A DNA stretch of 50,028 nt, the filler included, from Bipalium vagum (taxonomy: Eukaryota): the NCBI GenBank assembly GCA_037834085.1. It is 2 parts of 2 records of this genome, joined end to end, with 100 filler letters (N's around TTAATTAATTAA, not from the genome) between each part and the next. Parts side by side here need not be neighbours in the genome. Positions count along the whole stretch, not along the records: positions 1 to 22,367 come from JBBMKC010222567.1; 1 more part is not named here. One strand, written 5' to 3'. Shown one piece after another: positions 1 through 13,199 of this stretch. The translations under genes were made by a program, and so were the position numbers. Under the pieces are notes generated by a model that saw only the letters and a program-made list of their open reading frames with translations, had not been told where the DNA came from and did no database searches. The stretch's first letter is position 1. Each line of letters begins with the position of its first letter.

Positions 1-1113
1 TTGATTAAAAATAAAAGTATTGAACTTTATATCGTTTTCTCAGTTAATTTAAATAATTTTAACGAACATATCCTCAAACAACCTTCAACCGTTAGTCAAA
101 ATTAAGCTCCGACTTTAACATCACTTTAACCACTCATCTTAGGATCCTAAAAATATTATTTCACGTTTCTGTCTTTATAAATTAAATCCCGTTTTCTTCT
201 TTTTGTGTTTGTTTCCGATAATTACGGTCTGATAAAATAGTTATCAAATTCGATATTTTACTTCAGGACATCTGCATATTTCTCTTCTTCATTTAAATAG
301 TGTCATTTTGATTTCAACACATTTGAGTAATAATTTTAAAACTCTGTAAAAAGTGTAATAAAAATAAAAATAATAATTTTCAGAATTTTTTATGGTGATT
401 TATTTCCACAATAAGCATCATTTGGGAATTTCGATTAGGTCAACAAAATAATACAATATTATATTAATTATTTTTTTATTATTATTATACCATTACTGAT
501 CACTTTTGCGGTCCATTTAATAAGTAGGTTTTATTGGCGAACCCAACAATGTAGTTGCGGTATTATATATTTATAATATTTAAGTAAGTTGATGCCATAG
601 ATATTTTCCCGTATCTGTGCAAAAAGTTATGCAATCACACACTTGCTATTTTTGAAAATTTCCATCGTTCTCTCGTTATCATCTAATTGCTTTGATACAT
701 CAGTAGCCTCCATGTTACTGACATCATATAATTTGATTTCAAAACGTTTCATCGTATTCACCCCTTCAATAAAATATTGTTTTAATATTCTAACAACAAT
801 TATTTCAGCTTTCTTTATCTTTCCGTTTCATGCATTGTTAGCGATAAAAGATCCAAGTAACTTTTCTCCACTCGAGGAAAACAGTCCAGTTTGTACAATA
901 ACACTCATTGATAATTGTGGTCCTCCAAGTTTGTTGTAGTGTTCTTCACTCAATATAGTTACCGACGCCATAAAATCCTATGATATTTGAATTTTCACAT
1001 CCATTCTCACAACTGAACTCCACTGCCTTCCATCTATCGTTTGAAACATCTCAACATCTTGTATAATTCGGTTTGTTGGTAAATTTAGTGACTGAATCCC
1101 ACTGAAAAAAAAG

Positions 1114-4070
1114 CTACTTGACGAGCGATCGAAGATCCCGGTAGGTTGAGTGAGCTGGTGGAACAACAGGCCGCAGTGTTAGTAGTGTCATATAGTAAGG
1201 CGGGTAAGCTGAAGACGAGATGGAAATGCCGACCATTTGAGGAACAACCAGGGGAACCTAAGAGGGTGCGGAGAAAACAGTATCGGCTTTGGCTGTTCCG
1301 GAATATCCAAGCTCTGTACCAGATCGACAGAGCAAAGGCCGCTAGGCTGGTATGCGATGATCAAACGGAGCGCGTCTATATTGACACCCCCAAAGTTGAT
1401 CTGTCTTCCCTGACACATTTTTGGAAGGCCGAGTTTGAGCAGCTCTCCCACCCTGAGCTGCGTGTTAGTGATAAACCATCGGACGAATGGTTAGGGTCTC
1501 CCATAACTCCGGAGGAGTTAAGAATGGGGCTTAAGCTTACGCCTAATCGAACTGCATGTGGCCTGGATGGGCTGTCTGTGAGACTGGTTAAGATCATACC
1601 AGACAGGGTTCTCCTGAAAATGCTGACCCTGTATCTGATGGGGGGTTACTTTCCAAAGATTCTCAAGGACGCGAGAACGGTGCTCATTCCGAAAGTTGAA
1701 ACCCCTACACACGGAAGTGACTTCCGACCAATATCGATCTGCTCCGTTATTGCACGACTGCTCAATAAGATCGAGGGTTCAACTGGGGAACGAGCAGGAG
1801 GGGTTTTTACCTCTGGACGGTTGCCTTGAGAATATCTCAAAACTGAAAGGTATTATGAAGGGGGCAAAGACCGACTCTGGTAGAGTCTATTTGGCGTTTC
1901 TAGATATGAAGAACGCGTTTGGATCCGTAAATCATAAGTCTCTCATCTGGGCGGCGAGGGAAAGATGAATCCAGGAAAGGGTGATTAAGTATATCACCTG
2001 TAATTCCAGTGGTGCGACAACGGTAGTTAACGGAGTCACCGTAGCGATCAATCGAGTTGTGAAACAGGGAGACCCATTGTCATCAGTCATGTTTAACAAC
2101 GTCATGGAATCTGCAATTAGTAAGGTTAGAGAGCGCATGCTAGAACCTTTGCTGGGAGAGGAGGTTACTCCAATCCTGGCTTATGCGGACGATATAGTTG
2201 TTTTCGGAACGACCGAACGTGAACTGTTGGATAATCAGAATACGTTGGCCGATGAATTTCGGCTCAGTGGACTTCAGCTGAACCAAAAGAAATGCGCAAC
2301 AATGGGAATCCAAGTGATTGGCCATACTTGGAAGATGCTGCCTTTAGAAATAAAGGTAGGTGATCTGTTGCCCAACATGTCCAGTAAAACGGACACATAT
2401 AAGTATTTGGGTATTCGATTCTCGGCGAAGGATCCAGTCAAAGAGGATTTTAGTCGATTGGTCTTGAGGGGTTTAGGTGGACTGTCAAAGGCTCCGCTGA
2501 AGCCTCAACAGAGAATATGTATCCTCCGCGACTACCTGATCACTAAGGTCCAACATGTTGGGGTGTTGGGATCGGTAACCTCAACCGAGTTGAGAACGCT
2601 CGATAAGTATATGTGGCAGAAAGTTCGTGAATGGCTGAAATTACCAAGTGATACGACATCAGCGTATATTCATGCTAGAGTGGCGGATGGTGGTATTGGG
2701 GTGCCGTCACTCTTGGCTACAGTATACTTGGGAAAGTCTCGGTGGCTGGAAAAGTTGGCTGAGAGCACTGACCCGGCTGTGCGTGCGACAGGTGAGTGTT
2801 TGAAGCTTAGTAAGGAGGTCACATTGTGGAAAGAAAGGTTGGTCGTGGGCTCTGACGAAACGCAATCGATGAACGACTACTGTCGCGTTTCTGCGTCTAT
2901 GTTGTATGGGTCGTTGGACGGAAAAGGATTGGCGGAGATGGATCGAGTCCCAGGAGTGCATTCGTGGTTCAACGATGGTACCAAACTTATGAGCCGGAAA
3001 GATTATATTTACGCGATCAGGATTCGGGGTAATCTGATTCATACTGCGACAAGATCATTAAGGGGTAGAGCTGGCTCTAGGAGGCCATTCTGTGATAAAG
3101 GATGTGGTGACAAGCTCGAGAACGTCAACCATATACTCCAGGAATGCGGTGCTACAAAAGGCCTGTGTCTCTGGAGGCATAATCGTGTAGTCGATTATGT
3201 GGTGGCTCGGCTTAAAGCCTTAGTCTATTGGGTCGAGGTCGAACCGAAAATCCCCTATAACAGCAGTTTTCTAAAGCCGGATATCGTAGCCTTTAAGGAC
3301 GGTGTTTCTCATCTGGTTTTAGATGCCCAGATTGTCAGTGACTCAAGTTTGGTAAACTTGGAGGAAGCAAATAAAATCATAGGCCGTAAATATGATATAA
3401 GCGCGGTACATCGGTATGTAGACCACGGCGGGACGAGTGCACCCGTTTTAGCAGGTATAATAGTCAATTAGAGGGGGGCTTGGTGTTATAGCACATGGTT
3501 ATTACTCAAAGAACTCGGATTCAAGCTCGGGGAACTGAAGGTAATGACTGTAAGGTCTTTGGAGGGCTCTACTGCAATGATTCGATTCAGGCATGCCATA
3601 TCTGGATCTGGTCGACGTACATTGGGCTGAATGTGTGGCCGTACGGACGCCCTAAGTAACAGCCATCCTTAGGACTTGATTCTCTATTTCGGTGGGAGGT
3701 GTCGGATCTCTGTCTCAGCAGGGGTCGACTCTCTGTCGACCAAGGAGGGAAAAGTGTACGGGTGTTCGGCGGTCGGGTTAGGGAGGAACCTGAGGTCATT
3801 TTTGATCTGGGAAAGGGGACCTGGTCAAGATGTATACACCCGAGACAGGTAAGTTAGGTAAGTTTTGTTATTTTCTTTTATTTCTTCCGTTTCTTGTTTT
3901 GTTAGGAATGTCTGTTGGATTAATTGATTGTATGATTGATTGTTTGATGTTGGTGATGGGTGGGGTTGGTGATGTTAAGCAGTTTATTTGTACTATTTGT
4001 TGTATGTGAAGTCTAAGCCACGACCGGCGTATAAACTGGCTAAGGTGTATAAAAAAAATTAAAATAAAAT
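1114..4070 (+). mobile_element. 5'-truncated R2-clade non-LTR retrotransposon (RT + CCHC + RLE), not in rDNA
   Basis: Abrupt rise in GC at about 1114; RT/RLE ORF; about 420-nt 3' UTR; A-rich tail at 4051-4070; candidate target-site duplication AAAAAAAG at 1106-1113 and 4071-4078 (ambiguous with the tail). Confidence 0.9.
1146..3630 (+). pseudogene. Disrupted R2-type reverse transcriptase / restriction-like endonuclease ORF
   Basis: Motifs: R2 pre-RT region RRKQY..IQALY..DRAKAARLV; ACGLDG; TVLIPK; FRPISI; QEGF..DGCLEN; FLDMKNAFGSV; KQGDPLS; LAYADD; YKYLG; GGIG; CDKGC..ENVNHILQEC; RHN; KPDIV..VLDAQIV; N*RGAW. Lesions: frameshift/deletion near 1770, TGA at 1966-1968, TAG at 3469-3471 (W of NWRG). 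Likely natural stop TGA at 3628-3630. N-terminal zinc finger/Myb domain absent. Confidence 0.9.
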
Positions 4071-4715
4071 AAAAAAAGAGCAATTGTAGTGATTTAGTTT
4101 TTTATTCTTTAATTCGACAGATGAGAAGTTATCGTAAATAATATTCTCAGATTCTTCATGAATGCGCATTACTAATCTCCGAAATTATTTAGGCATCGAT
4201 TCCAACATTGAACACGAACGAAAAAAATGACCTTGTTTTCAAAAAGTTAAACAATTTTTTTTCAGTGGGCAATGCAGTCACAGGTGATCATCAGATCCAT
4301 AAGAGAAACACTGACTGGATCTAGACTGTTCATCTTTCGGTGATGGAAGACATCTAGCAATGTGAATCATTGAATAAACTGGCATTTTCTTCTGACCTGG
4401 ATAAAATTTCCGAGCTTCAACATCTTCTCGTCCGTTAAACAGTCTAAAAATGTCTTCGCGATGATGTTCAACAGGTGATTCCATCACAATCGGAGAGCTT
4501 GAATTTGTCTTTGAGTTAAGATTCTCAATGACTCGTCCATACCTGGAATATTAATTTGTTGTTGATTATGTTTTCCACCGGAGAAATCTTTCTTGACTAC
4601 ATTTGCCTAGCTTCTTCTTTGTACAATATTTACTGGTGATTCCCTCATTAGTTTTTTCTGTTTCACCGTGTCTTATAATTTAGCTAAGTTTCTCATATTC
4701 TCTACTGCACTATTA

Positions 4716-5914
4716 CGTGGTGTGCCCATTAAGTAGTGAGCCTAGTGCAGAAAGGTTAATATAAATTAAAAAATATTATAATTATATAAAGTGCAATATA
4801 TTATAGGTAAATGTAAAATATTTGTTTTAATATATTATTTTATTTTTATCAGTAAATCGCATTTTTTTAAAATGTATTTAGAAAATGTGCAATATGCGAG
4901 CGTCATTCGTTTCCTCTATTTGAAGGAAAAAAGTTGAGAAGAAATTCAAAAGAAATTAGATGATGTTTACGGTGAACAAAGTCCTTCATGGGCTATAACA
5001 AAAAGATGATACAATAAATTTAAATTTGGAAGAACTTCCGTGGTAGACGTAGAAAAATAAGGAAGGCCATGTGAAATCAGCGAAAAAATAACGGAAAACC
5101 TACATGAAATTATATAAAATGAAAGAAAAATTACAACAATATACTTTGCGTTTAAATTTTAACAAAGATACTATTTAGTCATTATTAACAAGTAGTGGCA
5201 TCAGAAAGTTGTGCTCACGATTCGTGTCACGTTTTCTAACTGCTGATAAACAAGCTCACCGTTTGGACTGCTGCCAACGGAATCTGGAAATTTTACAACG
5301 TGTTGGGGACCATATGTTGGATAACATCATCACGATGGATGAGACGCCTCTATCTCTCTATATTACGGAAATTAGAAGGGAATCAAAAGAATGAAAATTT
5401 CTAGGAGAGACCAGTTCAAGAAAGATGAAGATATCACAAAAAGATTTAATGCTCTCCATTTTTTGGGACACTAATGGCGTGATTCTCACCGACTTTGCTG
5501 AATCACATGTTTGTCTAACAGTGATTACTATATCAACCTTGTGCGACAACCTAGGGGACTGAGAAGGGAGAGCCGAGTTTCTGAATTGTATTATCTGCAT
5601 GACAATGCACCTATTCAAAATAATGGATTGTCAACAACAGCAGTTAAGGATTGTGACTTGATTTTGCTCCTATATTCTATCTATAGTCCAGACACTTCCG
5701 ATTTTTTTTGTTCAAACACCTCAAATGGGAACTACGAGGTAAAATATTTACATCAAAAGACGATTTCTTCAGAAATGCCTTCTCGCAACTTGTCACTCGC
5801 TGGAAAAATATGTAACGTTTCTGGGAACTTTATTGAAAAATAATTACCTGTACGTATTTATTGTTATTAATACAAATTAATATTAATAGACTGAGTACTT
5901 ATCGACACATCACA
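4716..5914 (+). mobile_element. Degenerate mariner (DD34D-type) DNA transposon, near full length
   Basis: Imperfect TIRs (CGTGGTGTGCCCATTAAGTAG... at 4716; ...GTACTTATCGACACATCACA ending 5914) flanked by TA. Broken transposase: VIRFLYL, VYGEQSPS, FKFGRTS..GRP, CSRFVSRFLT (WVP-like), IITMDET, LHDNAP, YSPD. Confidence 0.85.
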
Positions 5915-7834
5915 TATGTCTACTTATTAAGGCTTCTAAGAATTCTGCATTTATAACCCGCTTTGATAACCAATCTTTCACTTCTTCTTCTCTGATCATT
6001 CCGGAATCCAGAACAGAACCCAATAAATCAGAACTCGGACTTCAAAAGTTGCAAAGTGTTCATGTTTTTTGCTTCACTTGTGCCAATTGGTAAAAGACTT
6101 TTGGATTATGTTTTTTTACTGAAATGACTAACAAAGTTCTTTTTTGACCGATTTTATATAAATACTCAAATTTTCATGTTGATAATAAAGAAGGGATATT
6201 AAATTAATAAACAGCATATTGATAGGTGTTCCATCCGATGCAATTCTGTTTTTAAGAGAAAACAGGTTGTTACCATCAGGTAATTTATAATACTAAAGTT
6301 AATATTACCTTATTAATGTTCTTAGATAAATGTGATAGTTGTGGCAAAATATTCAAAGAATGCACATAAAAAATAAATAATCATTGTATTTCATGGCGAT
6401 AAAGTTTGATTAATGGCTATTAAAGGAAATAGTCGAATAGTGGAATTGGCGATCATAGACCAATCTCTACGACTATATATAAAGAGACGTATATTCCAAG
6501 AATATGCCCAGAAAAAAAGATTTTTAGCTGTCGACCAAAATTCAGTTGATTGACGTCAGAAGAAATATACCAATCAGTTATTTATCAGATTCCACAAAGG
6601 AGAGGAACATAATTTTAACAAAGAAGATTTATCAGTTTTCAAGAGCTACAACACTGATCGTATTAGAAGAGGAAAATTTTAGACTTAGTATTTTTTCAGA
6701 TTTATTCTCTATGACAATGCAAACGGATTTTACAAGGGGACCCAGCAAGCTTTGGAATCCATAGGTGACATAAAAAGGACCTAGAGGACGACCCTTGTCG
6801 ATCCTGGTGAGAGTATTTTCGATTTTGTTTTATTTTCTTTATTTTATTAATAATAATAATTTCATTTTACTCTTATTATCTTGAATTTATGATTTGGATT
6901 TATTTGTATTTGTTTTTTGATTTTCAGATAATTGAACGGTTTTGATTTTGAGACATTTGGACAATTTCGATTATTGATTTTTATACATTTGACGATTTTC
7001 ATTGTGATTTTGTGACGAGTGTAAAGATTGTTTTGAAGTATTTAATAAAGTTTTATCTTGATGGTTTTGATTCAATTGAAGTACGAATACAGTATTATTT
7101 TGCGAGTTTTCATTCAACAGAGTTAAATTTGTTTAGCCATGGTATTAAAACGAACACAACATTATAAAGTGAGGAGTTATTGATATTCGACCAAAAGTTA
7201 CTGTTTCAGTTTAAGGTATAATAGTAACAATATCAAGGATCACACTTGGATGCAGAAAAAGAAAATAAAACTGATTTTTCGTTGGAAAAAGAATTTAATA
7301 GATGGGAACTTGGAATCTAAAGTTAAAGAAATTTTATTTGTAATGTTTGATATTTTGGTTTCAAACAAATCGATACCTAAAAAATGTTGAATATATTAAA
7401 AAATCTTTAACTAACGGAGAACTTCAAATAGTGTTCCTACTAAACATAGTTTTCCCTTAGAAACACTATGATTTTCTAAGTAAAATATTATCTATATTAC
7501 TTTATCTATTTAATGAATTCAATTCAAGTCATAATTTTATAAATACTTAACTGAAGAACTCGATAATTTTTATATTTTAATTGTGCATATGGTAAAATCA
7601 ATAATTTCAAGTTCAGATTTATTTGAAAATAAAACATATTAATTGGACAATTTAATTTTTAATGCTTAAATATGACAGCTCTATTAACATTGTAATTTGG
7701 ATTGTCTATTAAAGAGAGAAAATAAGTTATACTATATAATAACAATAAAATAATATAATAAATAAAATAAACCATAATATTGAATATGGTTTAAAATTTT
7801 TGAAAGCTTGTACCTTTATTCATCGAATTACATA

Positions 7835-10428
7835 GTTAGAGATTACATAAGACTTGTTTGAAAAAATACTTTTTGAAGTCGAATCCGTTTAATTAATTAA
7901 TATGAAAGAAGAAGAAAATAATAATAATTTCGTTACTAAGAAAAGAAAGAAAGAGGCCTCTGAATTCTTTACTAAACATAAATTTATTGGACGGAGCTTG
8001 TCAGAAGCAGAGCTCTGAATAAAAAAAATGGACAGATGGCTTAGCTTAAATGATCTTTGTTTGACGGTGTTTTGATCTTTTGCTTTCGGAAGAAGGTGCT
8101 ACATTTGATAGAATTGCAAATCGGAAACCAGATTTTCTTTGCGCAGATGAAATACGGCGAAATAAATACTATTGTTCATTCGAAGATATTATTTTATTTA
8201 CGTTATTTTTAATTACCTATGTAATTTCATCTAACCTTAATAGTGTAAGAACATGGACAAACAGTCATATTGTTCTGTTGCAGTATCCCAGTAACCGAAA
8301 GGCAGATGGTATTCAATAACCAAACCCGATGATGACTAAATAAGAAAGACGAGGAAGATGGTGTCTGTTACAGATTTTTCTCGAAAGAAAAAAAGAAAGT
8401 TTTGTTTGAAGATGATAGAAGAAGCGAGAAATTAGTTTAAGGAAACATTTATGGTTGAAAAATCATTTCTAGAGATTGTAATAAAGCTAGAAGAAATTAA
8501 GCAAAACGTGAATAAGAGATGGTTTGCAACATTTGAGATTCGAATCTATAATCTCTTAAGCAACGTAACTGATTCTTGATTATCACGGGAAGAAATGGTT
8601 ACAGATTTCCTGATAAAAAGGACAAGAACCAATAATCTCAAAGAAATACTTATGACGAAATCAGATATTAAAGTAAAGATATTAAGGCAAAGATTTAGGG
8701 GACAGAAAAGTTCTAAAAAGGGAAAGATGCAAATAAACACAATACGACATCAGTTCAGGGTGGACAATATCAAAGACAACCAAAGCCTCTGAGTAGCTGC
8801 ACTGAAAGCCAATCAGAGCAGCATAAAGGAGTCTTTATAGAAAGTGGAATGAGAGAAGCTCATGATGCTAATCACTGTGATGTCCAAGAAGTTAGATCAA
8901 GTAGGCATGAAGCATTTTCCGTTGGTCGAAGAGACCTTCCAGCCTTTTCGATGAAAAAAGTTGCCAGACAGCTTTATAATAGATGTAAAGGTTTACGACC
9001 ACAAGTTAATGTTTTTGATGTGGTTGTGGTAAACATTTAAGAATACACTGTAGATTGAAGAATGTATGCTTAATATGTGGGAAGCACGGACATCGTTTTC
9101 AGTCTTATACACTTTGGAAGAGAGACCGGAAATACATGATATCATAGTGACTGGCACGCCAATTTTGAAACGACCAAGAAGACAACCGATAGATCTAGAA
9201 GGAAAAATTGATAAAATGGTATTGCTACTTATAACATCTGGTGTGATTTAGATATGTAAAAGCTCTTGGAATTCTCCATTGGTTGTAGTGGGAAAGAAGA
9301 ATGGCTCAATTCGGATGTGTGTGGATCTCAGGAGAGTTGGTATTCTTAAAAGATGGCATTCACGAAGAAATTCATTTTTCCGATTCCCGACATGCAGTTG
9401 TTGTTGGACTGTCTGGTTGGTTCGAAATATTTTGGACTAGGGACAAGCATATTATCAAGTTCAGCTTTCAGTGGACTCGAGATTGATAAATATCATCAGT
9501 ACTAAACAGGGACAGTTTTGTTTTAAATTGAATGCCTTTTACGCTGGCAACATCACCAGTCACTTGTCAGAAGCTTATGAATGTGTTATTGGATGGCTTC
9601 ATATTCAATTGTGTTTTGGTATATGTTGATGACATTTTTGATCTACAACCCTATGGAGAAGGCACACGATGATATTTTAGTAGAAGTACTTGGAAGAATA
9701 GCTAAAGCAGGTTTAAAGTGGAATCCAGCGAAACGTAAATTTCACCAACATGAATTGGTCTTGCTGGATAGGGTTAGCCTTGACGGAATCAGAAGAAATA
9801 AAAAAGATTAAAGAAATATTGAAACTCGAACCTCCTGGTTGTGTATTTTAATTGAAATTTTTTCTGGGATTAACAAATTATTATAGACAAAAAAGATGAA
9901 CGAGATTTGATTATAATTCTAGAATCATCTGTCGAAGAATTTGTAAAATTCACACAGGATTGTGTCGTTTTGGAACAAAGGAAATATTCTATTATTTATA
10001 GGACATATATTTCTGACAGTTGATAAGGAGTTTGATCAATACATACTGGGAAACTTGCATTATCTATGCAAAACACAAAATTGATCAGACCCACACAAAA
10101 TAGATTCTGGAAAAGGTTGTAATTGATGTTGCCTACATGGAAAAGGCTGGCGCGTATTATAAATACTTAATTGTAATTGTCGACAATACCAGTAAAGAAT
10201 CGAAAGAAGAACGATTTCCAGTATGAGGGCGCTTACTAATCACAAAAGGAAATCTCCACATCAAATTGAATTGAAGAATTTGGACGGTACGAAAACAAGA
10301 AGAATTGAACGGTTAAAGAAGTATCAGCAGTCTTCAGCGAAGGGGGAGTTAGAGTTTACATAATGCTTTTGTCTGAATAAATACGTTTTGTACTCGAATC
10401 CGTTTTATTAATTAGTATGAAAGAAGAT
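7835..10428 (+). mobile_element. Degenerate, internally deleted Ty3/Gypsy LTR retrotransposon
   Basis: LTR start GTTAGAG(A/T)TTACATAA...TCGAATCCGTTT..ATTA.TATGAAAGAAGA occurs at both 7835 and 10348, with a polypurine tract GAAGGGGGAG just before the second copy. Pol remnants: SSWNSPLVVV..KNGSIRMCVD, FPIP, MPF, VLVYVDD (about 9620), AGLK.NP.K, FLGLTNYYR, and integrase VIDV..YKYLIVIVD (about 10120-10190). Confidence 0.85.
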
Positions 10429-10888
10429 ATATATATAGATTTATCTTTATTTATTTTTTAAACAGACGAATTTAAAATTGGAAAAACTAGCAAAAAGTGT
10501 AGAATAAATTCAAAATTGATAATATAAAGATAATGATTTGTAAACGCAGTTTCATTTTACAAATCTATTTACACGACTGAGAATCTTAAATAAAGTTAGA
10601 TGATTTATGATCTTGAACTTTATTATTTTGTTTTCATAATATATTTAAAAGTGCAGTTATACTAAAATAAGCTTATGCTGTCTAAATTAATTTTTGGAAT
10701 CCGTATTTTATCCAAACATATAAATTGAATAATATAATTAGTTAAAACGAGTAAATAGAGCAATACGAGTAAATAAAATAATACATGATAAGGCGTTTCC
10801 TTATGCGTCTTTAATGTTATTGAATGAAAAATCTTTAATATTAAATAAGACAATGAAAATTTCAAGTGCAAGATTCATTTCTATAATT

Positions 10889-11490
10889 TACACGTGCCCT
10901 AGTAGAATTTGCGCAATTTTCGAAATTTAACATCTTATAAAACAATTACCTTTATATCACTGTTTTAATCGATTAATTTAGTTTGATCTATGCTTTATTC
11001 AAAAATGGAAATATTACAGAATTTCAACTATTATCAGTGACCTAAAGAATGGGAAAGGAATTGTCTGTAATTTGCGCCGAAATCACGAACAATGATTTTC
11101 GTGAGAAACTGAAGTTGCCTCTGAGAACCATCAGGAAGCAGCTATTTTATTCAGACTTTAACTTCGAACTGGTTGATAACAAAAATATAAAAGATCAAGC
11201 AGAACAGCGAGTTAGAAACCAAAAATTCATTAAAGATGTGAAGCAACTCGTTGACAATGACCTATCAATTTCAATGCCCGTGATTTCTCGACAGAAAGGC
11301 ACCAGCGACTGTGCTGTAAGACTTTGCATGGAAGAAGATATTTGCTACAAGTCAGAAAGATTCTAACAAAAAAGATAAAAATGATACATCTGCTGAAGAA
11401 CAAGAAACTTTTGAAAAAGATTGAACATGCAATAAAACCAAAGATGTTTTTTTCGGATGAGAAATATCTTTGTCTAAACTACCCTAGTTT
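10889..11490 (+). mobile_element. Truncated Tc1/mariner (maT/DD37D-like) transposase remnant
   Basis: ORFs 11049-11366 and 11324-11524 give an HTH-like ..ISMPVISRQKGTS..VRL..EDICYKS and the first catalytic motif FFSDEK. Similar to the remnant at 26737-27398. Confidence 0.6.
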
Positions 11491-12785
11491 TTACATAATT
11501 TTATTTCACACAATATTAAATTAATTTTATGAATCTTATATTTTATTTGAGAAATTTTTTATTTTAGGTGAGTAAAATTATTGACAACAGTATCAGATTT
11601 TAAATAAATGTAACTTTTTATTTCATTTAAATATTTTATTTATAATTGATGTATTTAGTTATGAAGACTGAAGATAAAAAAATTTTATTTCTAGGTAACG
11701 AAAGATGGAGTTGCATGAGAATTTCTGCAAAAACCAAAATATCGAGGAATTGTGTATTTAGTGCTTGACAAAAAAGATTGGTTGAAAAGAGAACCGGTCT
11801 ATAAGTTAGAGTTGAGAGACAAATAAGCTAATTAAAGAACAATGATTAAAAAGGTCAAATTTAAAAAATTGATTGAATCCTGCAATATTCCAGTTTCAAG
11901 GTTTACCATTGCAAGTTACCTGAAACAACAAAGCATGAGCTACAAAGACGTTTACCCCTAAACCCATTGGACAAGGCTAAACTTCGTGATTTAGCGAAGA
12001 AGTGGTTAGCAGAAAATCATCTATTGGAACAAACCATTTTTTCTGACAAAAAATGTTTTTTCCATTGATGGACCGGCCGACTGGAGAACATATTCAAAGA
12101 AAAAATTAAATATTTATCGCCCAAGGCACCAGAAAAAGGTGGAGGAATTATGGTATGAGCTACGGTTTTGCCAAATGCTCTCCTGTCATATAAAGAGATT
12201 TCAAAAGTCCTGTGTATATAGAACTACTTTGCAAAACTATTGTACCAATTTGTGAATTAAATTATTGGAAAAACTTCTGGTTCCAAAATAATAATTCCAG
12301 AATCCATAGGTCATGGATAGTTAAAGAATGGATGACTGCAGCTAATTTCCACTGTTATTATGGCCTGGTCGATCTCCAGACTTAAATATAATGAAGAACA
12401 TCTGGAAATTTTGGAATATGTAATATATGACAGGTCTCCACTAATGTCTCTAGGTGATTTAAAGGAAGAAATGCAGAAAGTGTTCTTGTTAATTAATACC
12501 ACCAAACGAGGACTTATTGTGAATCTTTATGAGACTTAAAAGCCGTGTAGTCACAGTAATTGTTTATAATGGAAATGAGATCAAAAAATAGTTACGAGTT
12601 GTGCTTTTTTCTAGATGTTATCAATAGTTATGCTCACCCAAAATAAAAATTTTAAAATCATAAATTTAATTTAAAACTGTGTGAAATCAATATTTAATAT
12701 TGTTTGCGCAAAATTTTTTTAAAAAATTACCTAAATTCATAAACATTGACATCTCAAGTGCTGTCAAAAATTTTTCTTATCAGTA
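11490..12785 (+). mobile_element. Degenerate Tc1-family (DD34E) transposon with long TIRs
   Basis: About 11495-11590 is an inverted repeat of about 12612-12700; right end ...CTTATCAGTA. Transposase motifs IFSD(K)K..SIDGP, GGGIMV*, FQNNNSRIH, WPGRSPDLN..NIW. Confidence 0.8.
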
Positions 12786-13199
12786 TATATTAAAAAATAA
12801 GTAACAAATACCGATAATTATTTTACAAATTTTCAATTCTTTAAGGTGGGAACTTTATGCTTCTGTTCATTTGAAAACTACGGAACTAATTTCATTTAAC
12901 TTAGATAAAATGAAATTTTTAGGACAAATGATAGATTGAGTTATGAAAATGCAATGCTTGGTAACCCTCGTCCCCATGAAGTTCAATAATATAGACATTG
13001 GTCAACAATTAAGTTTTTTATTAATTGTTATTTTATGAAGTGAATAAAAATTAATTAATTATTTTATTCATATTTTTTTAGGTAAACATTAGTTAGTTGT
13101 CGCTGTACCATGTAATTCATAAAAAAGAATAGTGTTATTTCATATAGTCTTTCATAAATTATTCTAAAATAATAAAGTCATGTTAAATTTCTAATGCAT

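Larger units (their letters stand above)
620..6180 (-). mobile_element. Degenerate Ty3/Gypsy LTR-retrotransposon gag-protease fossil, interrupted by an R2-like element and a mariner
   Basis: Minus-strand translation near 4220-4320 gives QCFSYGSDDHL*LHCP followed by a decayed GH..C second knuckle (gag CCHC). Near 915-1000 it gives VKIQIS*DFMASVTILSEEHYNKLGGPQL, resembling the retropepsin motif xKFxIDTGASVTIL. Many stops; ends approximate, and the part right of the mariner is weakly supported. Confidence 0.6.

Noticed and set aside
6331-7160. Possible solo LTR (TG start, TATA-like and AATAAA motifs)
   Set aside because: No second copy, TSD or clear end could be established.
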